A program made the position numbers and the translations under genes. 64,000 nucleotides of DNA from an uncultured Clostridia bacterium. Its GTDB lineage: Bacteria; Bacillota; Clostridia; Christensenellales; UBA1242. Of this stretch, positions 43,688 through 54,237 are shown one piece after another. The stretch lies in assembly GCA_944377165.1 (NCBI GenBank), contig CALWEJ010000007.1, forward strand, positions 18,375-82,374, written 5' to 3'. Under the pieces are notes generated by a model that saw nothing but the letters and a program-made list of their open reading frames with translations, was not told where the DNA came from and ran no database searches. Positions within the stretch are counted from its first letter, which is position 1. Each line of letters opens with the position of its first letter.

Positions 43688-45376
43688 TTAAATTTTATGA
43701 TTTTCTTTATACTGATTGCATTTTTCTTTTAGCGCTTTACCGATATTAATTCCGTCTTGCACTGCCCCCATTAGACGCGCAATTTCAAGTGACAAGTCGT
43801 CGTTAGATAAAACTGTTGCGCGTGTGTGAGTGGTAGTTTTATCACTAAATTTTTCTACTTTAATGTTAGTATCTGCCATAGCGCATATTTGTGGTAAATG
43901 CGAAACAGCAATGATTTGTTTATTGTTGCTTAACCTTGCCATATACTCAGCAACAACCATTGCAATATGTCCGCTAAGTCCGCTATCAATTTCGTCAAAA
44001 ACTATTGTTTCTATTTCGTCAACGGCGCTAACTACAATTTTATACGCGAGCATTACTCTGCTCATTTCTCCGCCCGACACGACTTTATTAAGCGGTTTTA
44101 ATTCAAAACCTAAATTCGAACTAAACAAAAATTCTACGTGGTCATAGCCTGAATATGAATAACGTTCACTAATTTTACTAAACTCAACGTCCATACGTGC
44201 ATTCGGCATACCAAGTGTCTTTAATTCGCTCTCTATTGCCTTAGATAGTTTAGTCGCGGACTCTTTTCTGATTTTGCTTAATTTAGATTGTAAATTATCT
44301 ATTTCTTCTAGTAAATTCTCTTTCTTTTCTGATAGCGCGCGGTACTGCTCCTCACTATGAATAAGGTTATCTAATTTATTGTTTGCATTGTTAAGATAGT
44401 CCACCATACTAGAATAATCACCGCCGTATTTTCTAAATAAGGACTTAATAAAATCGATTCGTGAATCAATAAAATTAAATCTTTCTTCGTCGAAAACATT
44501 TGACTGTAAATCGTCTAAGATTGTCGCATTAATATCTTCTAACTCGATGACCATGCTTTCTATTCGCTTTGCTAATTCTTCATAATGCGAATTAATGTCT
44601 GACAATGCTTGAATGTTTTTCAGCGCGTTATTCATTAATTCTATCGCACTTTCAGAAAACAAATTCTTCGCACTCGACGAATATGCTGATTGAAGCGAAT
44701 TGTTTATTTTTTCGAATTGTTGCATAGTGCGTTTCTCTGTAAGTAAATTCTCTAATTCGTTTTCCTTAATATCCGCTTTGTTAATTTCGTCTATTTGATA
44801 CGTATAAAGGTCTATTAAATTCTGCTTTTCACTTTCGCTTCCGCCTAGTGCTTTTATTCCGCTTTCTACCGATTTTAATTGATTAATTTTTTCGCCTAAG
44901 TCTTCTAAAAGTTTATCAGTATTTTTACTAAATAAATCAATGATTTTTAATTGATAATCGTTATCTAAAATCGCTAAATGCTCGCTTTGTCCGTGAATAT
45001 CAACTAACCTAGAACAAATCTTTTTAACACTAGCAATAGGTACTAGCGACCCATTAATCTTACATATATTTTTGCCATTAAGGTCTAATTCGCGTGAAAT
45101 AAATAATTCATCTTCGCACGAAATATCAAGTTCGTTTTTCACAAATTCTATATGCGAAGGTAAAAGGTTTGTAAAGATTGCTTCCACACGCATCTTATCT
45201 TTGCCTGAGCGAATAAGTGACCTATCCGCCCTACCGCCGAATACAAAACTGAGCGAGTCTAACATTATACTTTTACCCGCTCCAGTCTCTCCACTAATTA
45301 CATTAAGTTTTCCGTCGAAATTAAGTGTCGCACTATCTATAAGCGCAACATTTTCAATCTTCAAAGTTTGTAGCAT
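43688..45376 (-). CDS. recN: DNA repair protein RecN
   Basis: GETGAGKS, DIHGQSEH, SGGEMSR, FDEIDSG, SHLPQ. Confidence 0.96.
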   Translation of the reverse strand: MLQTLKIENVALIDSATLNFDGKLNVISGETGAGKSIMLDSLSFVFGGRADRSLIRSGKDKMRVEAIFTNLLPSHIEFVKNELDISCEDELFISRELDLNGKNICKINGSLVPIASVKKICSRLVDIHGQSEHLAILDNDYQLKIIDLFSKNTDKLLEDLGEKINQLKSVESGIKALGGSESEKQNLIDLYTYQIDEINKADIKENELENLLTEKRTMQQFEKINNSLQSAYSSSAKNLFSESAIELMNNALKNIQALSDINSHYEELAKRIESMVIELEDINATILDDLQSNVFDEERFNFIDSRIDFIKSLFRKYGGDYSSMVDYLNNANNKLDNLIHSEEQYRALSEKKENLLEEIDNLQSKLSKIRKESATKLSKAIESELKTLGMPNARMDVEFSKISERYSYSGYDHVEFLFSSNLGFELKPLNKVVSGGEMSRVMLAYKIVVSAVDEIETIVFDEIDSGLSGHIAMVVAEYMARLSNNKQIIAVSHLPQICAMADTNIKVEKFSDKTTTHTRATVLSNDDLSLEIARLMGAVQDGINIGKALKEKCNQYKENHKI

Positions 45377-46365
45377 TATTTAACCAATTTCTCTCTAACT
45401 TTTGCGTCAATTTCGTCTGCAATTTCAGGGTGTGACTGCAAATATGCTTTAACATTTTCTTTACCCTGACCAATCTTATCTCCGTTATAACTGAACCACG
45501 AACCGCTCTTTTCAACAATACCCATATCTATAGCCGAATCAATTAAACAGCCAAGGATAGAAATACCTTCTCCATACATAATATCAAATTCAGCAGTCTT
45601 GAACGGAGGAGCAACCTTATTCTTAACGACTTTTACGCGCGTCCTATTACCTACAACGTCTTGCCCATTTTTAATACTATCGACTTTTCTCACGTCTAAA
45701 CGGACAGATGAATAGAATTTTAGTGCCTTACCGCCCGGAGTCGTTTCAGGGTTTCCGAACATAACTCCAACTTTTTCTCTAAGTTGATTTATAAATATTA
45801 CAAGGGTCTTACTCTTAGCTGTGACAGCAGTAAGTTTTCTTAACGCTTGTGACATAAGTCGCGCTTGAAGACCGATAAAACTATCTCCCATTTCGCCGTC
45901 TATTTCAGCCTTTGGTGTAAGAGCCGCAACAGAGTCAATAACTATAATGTCAATACCGCCCGAACGAACTAACTGTTCAGTTATTTCAAGCGCTTGTTCG
46001 CCTGTATCTGGCTGTGAAACATACATTGCACCAATATCTACACCTAATTTTTGTGCGTAAATAGGGTCAAGCGCGTGCTCCGCGTCTATAAAAGCAGCCG
46101 TACCGCCTAATTTTTGTGCTTCAGCAATTACGTGCAACGCTACAGTAGTCTTACCGCTACTCTCAGGTCCATAAATTTCGATAATTCTTCCGCGTGGAAG
46201 ACCGCCTACTCCTAGCGCTATATCGAGCGGTAAACAGCCGGTAGGTATCACTTCAATACCTTCGCCGAAATCTGTTTCGTCCATTTTTATAATTGAACCT
46301 TTGCCGTACTGCTTCTCAATTTGCGCAATGGTAGCCTCTAATGCTTTCTTCTTATCGTCTGTCAA
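45376..46365 (-). CDS. recA: Recombinase RecA
   Basis: [44 protein letters not shown]; TTG start. Confidence 0.99.
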   Translation of the reverse strand: MTDDKKKALEATIAQIEKQYGKGSIIKMDETDFGEGIEVIPTGCLPLDIALGVGGLPRGRIIEIYGPESSGKTTVALHVIAEAQKLGGTAAFIDAEHALDPIYAQKLGVDIGAMYVSQPDTGEQALEITEQLVRSGGIDIIVIDSVAALTPKAEIDGEMGDSFIGLQARLMSQALRKLTAVTAKSKTLVIFINQLREKVGVMFGNPETTPGGKALKFYSSVRLDVRKVDSIKNGQDVVGNRTRVKVVKNKVAPPFKTAEFDIMYGEGISILGCLIDSAIDMGIVEKSGSWFSYNGDKIGQGKENVKAYLQSHPEIADEIDAKVREKLVK

Positions 46366-46398
46366 AATATCTCTCCTTATCTACTCAATATGTAATTA

Positions 46399-46449
46399 AT
46401 TTTAGCGCTTTTTACTAGAATTGTCAAACATTTATCGAACAAATGTTTG
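46399..46449 (-). promoter_or_regulatory. recA promoter with Firmicute LexA (Cheo) box
   Basis: TTGACA-17-TAAAAT on the minus strand; CGAAC-AAAT-GTTTG at 46436-46449. Confidence 0.8.
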
Positions 46450-46454
46450 AAAAA

Positions 46455-47048
46455 TTATTTTTCTTCCTTAAAGCAAGCCCTATTTTTGACTACATAATTT
46501 ACGCCAGAAATAATTGTTAGTAGGGTTGCGACCCCTATAAGAACATAAGAAATTATTTGCATAGTTAGTATTGCCCAGTCGCTAATATTAAACCCGCAGG
46601 TTAGTAAGTACGATAAAACCATACAAATAGGTATAGCAATCATTTGCACCATTGTTTTAGCTTTGCCCCACATATCTGCGGCGAGAACTGTGCCTTTGCT
46701 TGCTACTAAAAGACGAAGCGCACTTACAATGAATTCACGCGCGATGATTATAGTGACAATTATAACTCCCCAAGGTTCAGGAAGTGTTCCGTCTGCCATA
46801 AGTAAGAATAAAACTGCCGACGTTAAAACTTTATCCGCAATCGGGTCTAAAAATTTCCCTAAGTTCGTCACAAGTCCACGTGAACGTGCAATTTTCCCGT
46901 CCAAAAGGTCGGTAAGAGATGCAATGATAAATATTGCAATAGCCACTAATTTCCCTATTCCATATGGAATAAAGTCCGCTAAATAAAAGAACATAACAAA
47001 AGGTATCAAAACCATACGTAATACTGTCAATTTATTAGGTAAATTCAT
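46455..47048 (-). CDS. pgsA: CDP-diacylglycerol--glycerol-3-phosphate 3-phosphatidyltransferase
   Basis: MNLPNKLT, TDLLDGKIAR, GKFLDPIADK, GKAKT. Confidence 0.95.
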   Translation of the reverse strand: MNLPNKLTVLRMVLIPFVMFFYLADFIPYGIGKLVAIAIFIIASLTDLLDGKIARSRGLVTNLGKFLDPIADKVLTSAVLFLLMADGTLPEPWGVIIVTIIIAREFIVSALRLLVASKGTVLAADMWGKAKTMVQMIAIPICMVLSYLLTCGFNISDWAILTMQIISYVLIGVATLLTIISGVNYVVKNRACFKEEK

Positions 47049-47075
47049 AATATCTCCTTTGAATTGATTTATAAT

Positions 47076-48008
47076 CTACTTTAATTTTATATTATCATAT
47101 TTTTTTACAGTATTGAAATAAATCTCGTGCAATTTTTTTCTATTCACTTTGTATGCATAATTTACGTTTCCGTGACGATTAAATTCTATGATAGTTTTTC
47201 CGGGTGCTTTATCTGTATCTACAGTGAAAAATGCACGTCTAGTCTTAAATAATTTCGGATATCTCATAACTAGATACGCACAACTGTCGTTAGTTGCAAT
47301 TCGCCTATCCGGATAAGCAGGCTCCCAATAACCACTGTACATATCAAACAAGAATTTCCCCGCGTCATTAATGTCCTTTAACGAATAGACTTCCTCTTCA
47401 TTGAAGTTCGCAAGCTCTCTACCCATACGAGAAGGAATGATTGTAATAGGAATACCGCTGTTAAGGACAATTTCAAATGCCTCAGGGTCGGTCGATACAT
47501 TAAATGAAATATATGTTTCGCCGTCAACTCCGTATCGCGCACAGCCTTCGCAATATATATGGTCAACCATATCAACAACATCAGGATGTACTTCAATTAA
47601 CATTCCTAAATTAGTATGCGGTCCACAAGCAACGATTGATATATCATTTTTATTTTCTTTAATGCAATTATACATTGCTTCGATTGCTGATGTTTCAATA
47701 GGTTTTGTCTTAACTGTTTTCGGTGGAATATAACCGCCTAACCCCTCGTTTTGGTGGATAAAGCGAGCGTCCGGACTTACTCGATACATAGCTTTTTTTG
47801 CACCCATAGCGACAGGTATTTCCGTTCGATTAAATTTTTCTAACACGTGCAAAGCATTTCGCGTCACCGTCTTTAAATCTAGATTTCCACAAACTGTAGT
47901 TATTAGTTTAATATCTACCATTTCATCAGCCATAGCAAGCATTATTGCCGATGTGTCATCAACTCCCGGGTCTGTATCAATTATAATATTAAGTTTCTTC
48001 TTTCTCAT
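47076..48008 (-). CDS. Nucleoside hydrolase (IU-NH family)
   Basis: IIDTDPGVDD, GN, GPHTN, FNVSTDPEA; start at 48008 after GGAG. Confidence 0.9.
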   Translation of the reverse strand: MRKKKLNIIIDTDPGVDDTSAIMLAMADEMVDIKLITTVCGNLDLKTVTRNALHVLEKFNRTEIPVAMGAKKAMYRVSPDARFIHQNEGLGGYIPPKTVKTKPIETSAIEAMYNCIKENKNDISIVACGPHTNLGMLIEVHPDVVDMVDHIYCEGCARYGVDGETYISFNVSTDPEAFEIVLNSGIPITIIPSRMGRELANFNEEEVYSLKDINDAGKFLFDMYSGYWEPAYPDRRIATNDSCAYLVMRYPKLFKTRRAFFTVDTDKAPGKTIIEFNRHGNVNYAYKVNRKKLHEIYFNTVKKYDNIKLK

Positions 48009-48255
48009 TTTTTCTCCAATATTTTTACACAAATGTGCCATTATAGTTGTTATTAATTATTATTTTTTTTACAACGTACAAAATATTATATATAAAAAAA
48101 TTTTTTCACACAACTAAAATAGTAATAATTTTTAATTTTCTATTAATTATCATTATTAGATTATAAGAGTAATTAAATTATTTGCTAAATAAAAAGAAAA
48201 AGCAAATAAAATAATGAAGCAATTCTATTCTTTTAAATTAGATGACTGATTTTCA

Positions 48256-48284
48256 TTGACAAAATCTAAAAATTTTAGTATTAT
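48256..48284 (+). promoter_or_regulatory. Sigma-A promoter for the tRNA-Leu transcript
   Basis: TTGACA-17-TATTAT. Confidence 0.65.
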
Positions 48285-48385
48285 TACATAGCAATTTAAT
48301 TTGCAATGGACAAAATCATAACAGCAAATATTATTAAATATTTACACTTTAAACGGTAAACTGTAATTGTTCAATAACGGATTGC

Positions 48386-48530
48386 GACGCGCGGATATGG
48401 CGAAATTGGCAGACACGCGCGTCATAATGCGCCTTTATGTCAATTTGCTAATCGCAAATATAGACCTTTTGGCGATTATTCCTTTCCCCCCATTAGACTT
48501 TGTCTATCGGGGTCCCCATAGTCTTGCGCT
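48386..48530 (+). repeat. tRNA-Leu 5'-end duplicate plus structured element
   Basis: 48391-48418 matches tRNA positions 1-28 at 27/28 nt; several hairpins follow. Confidence 0.75.
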
Positions 48531-48578
48531 ACAGTCAAGTATATAACGACTTTAAACTTATATAATCAATATTATTAT

Positions 48579-48663
48579 GCGGATATGGCGAAATTGGCAG
48601 ACGCGCAAGACTAAGGATCTTGTGGGTAAAACCTTGCAGGTTCAAATCCTGTTATCCGCACCA
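48579..48663 (+). tRNA. tRNA-Leu, anticodon AAG
   Basis: GCGGATA acceptor stem, anticodon arm CAAGA-CTAAGGA-TCTTG, long variable arm, GGTTCAAATCC, encoded CCA; terminator at 48672-48701. Confidence 0.95.
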
Positions 48664-48764
48664 ACACTTTTAAGAGAAGTATTTATGAACTTCTCTTTTT
48701 TAATTATTTTATTGCATTCTCTAGTTTTATGTGTTATAATGACTATTAACTATAGGAGAAAAAT

Positions 48765-49502
48765 ATGAAGGGTAAAGTTGTTCTAATTACAGGCGGCACA
48801 CGCGGAATTGGGAAGGCAACTGCTATTGAATTTGTTAAACTTGGGGCAAATGTTATAGTTAACTATGTTAATAACGATAAAGCTGCGGAAGATTTAAAAA
48901 AAGAAATTGAAAAAATTAATAAAGGAAAAGTATATTTTTACAAAACAGACATCTCAAATTTTGCCAATTTAAAACCAATGGTTAATTTTGTTGTCAAAGC
49001 TTTTGGAAAAATTGATATTTTAATCAACAACGCAGGCATTGTTTATGACAGAGAATTTGAAGAAATCAAATATCAAGAGAGTTTAGAAATTGTAAAAACA
49101 AATATGCTCGCGCCTCTCTTCTTGTGCCAATTAGTAGCTCCAATTATGGTAAAAAACGGTTATGGTAAAATCATAAATGTTAGTAGTACAAGTGGAATGT
49201 ATGACTTTAATCCAGGTACAGCAGATTATGCTATGAGTAAGATAGCACTTCAATCACTCACAAAAGACCTGTCTATGAAATACGCACCAACAATTAATGT
49301 AAATGCAATAGCGCCTGGCTGGGTTAATACTGATATGAATTCATCTTTGCCAAAAGATTTTGTGGATAAAGAAACGTCAAAATATCATATGAGAAGATGG
49401 GCTGAAGCGAAAGAAATTGCTGACACAATAGTGTATTTAGCAAGTGATAAAGCCTCTTATATTACAGGTCAAGTTATAGTCCTTGATGGTGGGCATTGTT
49501 AA
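48765..49502 (+). CDS. SDR family oxidoreductase (FabG-like)
   Basis: TGGTRGIG, NNAG, YAMSK, APGWVNT, TGQVIVLDGG. Confidence 0.92.
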   Translation: MKGKVVLITGGTRGIGKATAIEFVKLGANVIVNYVNNDKAAEDLKKEIEKINKGKVYFYKTDISNFANLKPMVNFVVKAFGKIDILINNAGIVYDREFEEIKYQESLEIVKTNMLAPLFLCQLVAPIMVKNGYGKIINVSSTSGMYDFNPGTADYAMSKIALQSLTKDLSMKYAPTINVNAIAPGWVNTDMNSSLPKDFVDKETSKYHMRRWAEAKEIADTIVYLASDKASYITGQVIVLDGGHC

Positions 49503-49731
49503 AACTTAATTTAACTAATATTAAATAATATTTTTATTTGTATAACAATAAATCCATACTTCCACACAAATAATTCGGATCGGCTTTGTTTTCGATACTT
49601 GACCAAACAAGAATAAAATGAACCTTAAATAAAATACTTTTAGGGTTCTTTTTTGTATTGACTTTTTGATAGTTTTGTGCTATATTAACTTAATCATTAT
49701 GATATTGTTCGTTTACTAAAAGGGAGGCATT

Positions 49732-50097
49732 ATGAATGAACCTTCACAAAATTTCTTTGATGTGATGCGTAAAGAATTAAAGCGAAGATATATTGATTAC
49801 GACGAATTTAAAGATATGGACGACGAAGAGTTTGTAATAGTTAATCGAATTACTATACTTACTAAACTCGCTATGTATTACGCTACACAGCAAGATAACA
49901 AAGAATTATATGAAAAATTAATTGAATTAAACCTTAAGTTAAGAAAAAAAGATAAGGAATTAAGACGACCCGTCTGGGGTATTGAATTGACCGTTGGAGA
50001 AGTTAAGTCAATTTTTACTGAAAATGATTTAAAACGTTCACGCACCTCATTAATGCGTTCCTCTCACACTAAAAGTGATACGCTTTCGCTTAATTAA
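49732..50097 (+). CDS. Hypothetical protein
   Basis: TTGACT-17-TATATT promoter, GGGAGG RBS. Confidence 0.7.
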   Translation: MNEPSQNFFDVMRKELKRRYIDYDEFKDMDDEEFVIVNRITILTKLAMYYATQQDNKELYEKLIELNLKLRKKDKELRRPVWGIELTVGEVKSIFTENDLKRSRTSLMRSSHTKSDTLSLN

Positions 50098-50207
50098 TAC
50101 AAATATGACTTGAAATAAAAAGGACTTATAGTTAACGTAAAATATTATATATCTTTAATAAAATAACAAATTTTACAATTTAGCAATAAGTCCTTATTTT
50201 TATTGAT

Positions 50208-50939
50208 TTAATTATTGTTTTTTACGTTGTGTTCACTATTATTTTGAACTGACGTTTTATTCTTCTTCCAATTTATTATACCAAATAAATTTGATAGTGC
50301 ATAAACTATGAGTTGAGCAAGCATTGGAATTGTTTCAAAGTTTGCGCTAATACCTTCAAAAATAGGCATTAACCATATTAATAGCATTAAAATATTAGTG
50401 ACTGTAAACATAAGAAACATAAAAACGCTTTTTCGAAGCATTAAATAGTTTGCAAGTGTAGTTGAAAATACAGATAAAGTAGCAAAAATAAGATAATTCG
50501 TATTAAACTTTCTCAATATAAAGTAGAACATTATAGATATTAACAAATCTATTATTATTGCTATCAGTATCTCTTTTTTTGACATAGATTTACTTTCCAC
50601 TTGAACATTACTATTTTGCTTTTCCCAACTAATTAATGATATTAAAATGAGCGGAAAAACAATGATAATATTTATAGCAAATTCTCCCCAATTTTTATAC
50701 AAAGCCGATTGTATGATATAAAGCACACTTTGAATTATGCCAAAAACCATAGAGATTTTATAACGTTTTGCCAATAAAAAGACGTAGATTATTCCTGAAA
50801 TAGATAGTATTATAGTTAACCAACTACTACGAAAACATATCGATAAAACTACGACAACAATTAGCGATACGATAAAAGTTGTGAGTTCATACCACTTGAA
50901 CGATTTAAAAAACTTTTGTACCTTTTCCTTATCCGTCAC
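50208..50939 (-). CDS. PnuC-like nicotinamide riboside/vitamin transporter
   Basis: About 8 TM helices, WGE, YLMLRKS, GIINW pattern. Confidence 0.7.
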   Translation of the reverse strand: MTDKEKVQKFFKSFKWYELTTFIVSLIVVVVLSICFRSSWLTIILSISGIIYVFLLAKRYKISMVFGIIQSVLYIIQSALYKNWGEFAINIIIVFPLILISLISWEKQNSNVQVESKSMSKKEILIAIIIDLLISIMFYFILRKFNTNYLIFATLSVFSTTLANYLMLRKSVFMFLMFTVTNILMLLIWLMPIFEGISANFETIPMLAQLIVYALSNLFGIINWKKNKTSVQNNSEHNVKNNN

Positions 50940-51162
50940 GTTTACCTCTTTTTACCTTAACAATACGTTTATTTGAATATTTGTCTTAATAATTTGTATT
51001 AATAATTTGTTTATTTAATATTCTTACCTGAATAGTTATAAATATATATAATTTAAAATTTCAAATATGTCAAATAAACTAATAATAAAATCTCTAACAA
51101 TTTTTTCTAACAAAATAAAAAGATAATGGATTTTGTTATCTTTCCACTATCTTTTCAATTTA

Positions 51163-54100
51163 TTATTCGTCGTCGCCGAAAATTGCTTTATATTCGTCCA
51201 TTGTTATAAGGACTGTACGCGGTTTAGAACCATCTTGCGGACCGATGAATCCTGCGCGCTCCATTTGGTCTATAATTCTGCCAGCTCTATTCCAACCGAC
51301 CGAATATCGTCTAGCAATCATACTGCTACTTGCTTGTTTAGCTTGTATAAACATTCTAAGCGCGTCTTTAAGTACAGGGTCAAATTCTTGATCTCTAAGT
51401 GCGCTAGAATCGTGTGTATTTCCGCCCGAATTATGCGGATTCTTAATTGCTTCGCCTGCGTTGTCGTCAAAAACAGGTTTATTATGTTCCTTAATAAAGT
51501 CAATGACTTTAGCTATTTCTTCATTAGACACGAATGCGCCTTGAATACGTTTTGGCTCTGGTTTATCCTGTGGCTTGAACAACATATCACCCTTACCAAG
51601 CAATTTCTCTGCTCCGCCACCGTCAAGCACTGTCTTACTATCCATATAGTTAGTAAGCGCGAATGCAATTCGTGAAGGAAGGTTTGCTTTAACCGTACCC
51701 GTAATGACATCGACTGAAGGTCGCTGTGTAGCGAGCACAAGGTGAATACCAGCCGCACGCGCCTTAGCTGCCAACTTGGCGATTTTGTCTTCAATCTCGC
51801 GCTTTGCTTCAAGCATTAAGTCTGCCAACTCATCAACCACGATTACAATAAACGGAATTTTCTCTACACGTTTAGATTTTACAATCTCCAACTTGTTGTA
51901 CTCATTGATGTTTACTACGTGATTTTTAGCAAACAGAGCATAACGGCACTCCATTTCCTTGATTGCCCACTCAAGCGCATTAACTGCCATATCTTTACCG
52001 GTAATAACTTCTGGAATAAGTAAATGCGGCAAGCCATTATAAGTAGAGAATTCCACCATTTTAGGGTCAACTAAAATTAGTCTTAAGTCTTGCGGGCCGG
52101 ACTTATAGCACAAACTTAAAAGCATTGTATTCAAGCATACCGATTTACCGCTACCCGTACTACCAGCAATAAGCATATGTGGCATTTTATCAAGATTACA
52201 GAAGATTATGTCGCCGTTAATATCTTTACCCAACACAAACGAAAGCGGATTTCCGCGCACTCTAAATTCATTGCTGTCAATTAGTTCGCGCAACGATACA
52301 GGGCTGACTTGCGCATTAGGGACTTCAATACCGACTAAAGTTTTACCCGGAATAGGTGCTTCAACACGTATTGCACCGTTAGATGCAAGGGTCATAGCAA
52401 TATCGTCCGCCATTGTAGCGATTTTATTTACCGAAATACCTCTTGGCATCTCTAATTCATATCGAGTGACTGCTGGACCTACCGTCACATTTCTAACTTT
52501 TGCAGGAACTTTGAAGTCATCTAGAACTTGCTCGAGTCGGTCAATATTGTCTTGCAACTCGTCGTCGCTGATACGTTTTACATTCTCCATATATTTTAAT
52601 AGTTCGACAGGAGGTGCAACGTATGGCGGAATTTCTTGCTTAGGTTTAATATCTTCAATTTTTACTTGTTCGCTATTCCCTAACGGCTTCTTAATCTGAT
52701 TCGGTAAGTGGAATTTTGAAATATCTACACTTGGACGAACAACTTCAGTTTCGACAGTTGAGCCCAACTTGTCTTCACGCGGAACGTATGCGTATTCGTC
52801 GATATATTCGTGATTTTTCTCTTTGTCTAAATCAGCATTGACCGTTTCTTCTTTATCAACTGCACCATTATATGTTTCGTCAAAGTTTTCTAATTCTTCT
52901 TTAACATCTTCGTCATTACTTTCGTTATATTCACTATCTTCGTCAGATGAAGTTTCTTCTTGATTATCATTGGCATTAACCTTATTTATCTCAGTATAAT
53001 CATCTGTATTCTCTTCGAACATATCGTCGTAATCGTTTTCATTGAATTCGTCTTGATAATCATCATAATCGTTTTGGTAGTCATCTTTTGCTTCAACTGC
53101 ATTAGGTAATGCGTCGAAAATATTATAATCTTTTTCGTCTTTAGGTTCTTGACTATCTAATTTCTCAACGTCTTCAAGCGGTTTAATTTCTACACTATTA
53201 TTCTCGCTCTTTGTTGTACTTTCTTTTGCAAAATCCTCTTTCTTTTCTTCAGTAGAAGGTGTATTGTTAATTATCTTATTTTGATTATTGACGCGCTTAC
53301 TATTATAATAACCGGTAGCATTATCTAAGAATATATCGTCCGGATTTTCAGGCGGTATAACCGGTTCAATCGGTGTTAAAATGTATTCGCGCTTTGTCAT
53401 AGGGCGCGACTCTACGCGCTTTTTGTTTATTTCATAACTAGGCATATTGCTTGAAATGATAGTAGTTTCACCTTTTTCTAAGCCTAATTTACGTTTTGCA
53501 ATCTGCTTTTGTTTTTCTTCTTGCGAAATTGTTTCAGGTTCCGCGATATTCATTTCAAAGTCTTCAATATTCTTAAAGTCAAATTTACTTTTTTGAGTGT
53601 GACCTACCGCTCTATCTACCATAATATAGTCGATAATTAGCCCTACAAAAATTGCTAGCACAATACCGAAAAGAATATATGCTCCGACAACCGTAAGTAA
53701 TTTAACAATAGGATAAGTTATTAAACTAAATACAAGTCCGCCTGCGGTAGTTTTCGCGAGATATGATTCTTTTAAGAACAATCCATAACTGTCCATAGGC
53801 AATCTTGAAGTTAAAATTAAGTGAAATATAAAGCATATTATGGTGACTGCTGTTATTAAATACGCAATATATCGTGGTTTTGCTTGAATTTTCTTTTTAG
53901 TTAGATAGAATGATGAAATTGCTATTGCTATAATACTAACGGGATAAGTTATAAGACCGAAAAGACCTAATATCGCGCTTTTCAAAAAATTATTTGGTAA
54001 TACACAAACTAAAAATATTAACGAAAAAACAATCAACACTACTAGCGGTTTATTTATTTTAATCTTAGTCTCATTTTGTGATTTAACCTTCTCTACTTTA

Positions 54101-54177
54101 GGTTGATGCTCGTGTTTTTGTTTTTCCTTTTTCTCTTTTTCTGGTTTTTTATTAAAAGATGATTTATATATCGCCAT
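51163..54177 (-). CDS. ftsK: DNA translocase FtsK/SpoIIIE
   Basis: N-terminal TMs, acidic linker, PHMLIAGSTGSGKS, DELAD, ATQRPS, gamma domain. Confidence 0.96.
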   Translation of the reverse strand: MAIYKSSFNKKPEKEKKEKQKHEHQPKVEKVKSQNETKIKINKPLVVLIVFSLIFLVCVLPNNFLKSAILGLFGLITYPVSIIAIAISSFYLTKKKIQAKPRYIAYLITAVTIICFIFHLILTSRLPMDSYGLFLKESYLAKTTAGGLVFSLITYPIVKLLTVVGAYILFGIVLAIFVGLIIDYIMVDRAVGHTQKSKFDFKNIEDFEMNIAEPETISQEEKQKQIAKRKLGLEKGETTIISSNMPSYEINKKRVESRPMTKREYILTPIEPVIPPENPDDIFLDNATGYYNSKRVNNQNKIINNTPSTEEKKEDFAKESTTKSENNSVEIKPLEDVEKLDSQEPKDEKDYNIFDALPNAVEAKDDYQNDYDDYQDEFNENDYDDMFEENTDDYTEINKVNANDNQEETSSDEDSEYNESNDEDVKEELENFDETYNGAVDKEETVNADLDKEKNHEYIDEYAYVPREDKLGSTVETEVVRPSVDISKFHLPNQIKKPLGNSEQVKIEDIKPKQEIPPYVAPPVELLKYMENVKRISDDELQDNIDRLEQVLDDFKVPAKVRNVTVGPAVTRYELEMPRGISVNKIATMADDIAMTLASNGAIRVEAPIPGKTLVGIEVPNAQVSPVSLRELIDSNEFRVRGNPLSFVLGKDINGDIIFCNLDKMPHMLIAGSTGSGKSVCLNTMLLSLCYKSGPQDLRLILVDPKMVEFSTYNGLPHLLIPEVITGKDMAVNALEWAIKEMECRYALFAKNHVVNINEYNKLEIVKSKRVEKIPFIVIVVDELADLMLEAKREIEDKIAKLAAKARAAGIHLVLATQRPSVDVITGTVKANLPSRIAFALTNYMDSKTVLDGGGAEKLLGKGDMLFKPQDKPEPKRIQGAFVSNEEIAKVIDFIKEHNKPVFDDNAGEAIKNPHNSGGNTHDSSALRDQEFDPVLKDALRMFIQAKQASSSMIARRYSVGWNRAGRIIDQMERAGFIGPQDGSKPRTVLITMDEYKAIFGDDE

Positions 54178-54237
54178 AATTATCCTTTGTGATAATTATA
54201 CAATCAAATTTCTAAAATTCCAAACATTTTATCCACT

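Noticed and set aside
14975-46365. Possible arginine codon reassignment
   Set aside because: AGG (RecA GNRTR) and CGA (NrdD KRD, GRF) fall at conserved Arg positions; CGG was too rare to assess
48577-48768. 63-aa ORF in the ORF track
   Set aside because: It overlaps the tRNA-Leu gene and its terminator
49553-49620. GC-richer patch after the SDR gene with a weak TTGTTT/AAACAA stem
   Set aside because: No recognisable RNA family or credible ORF
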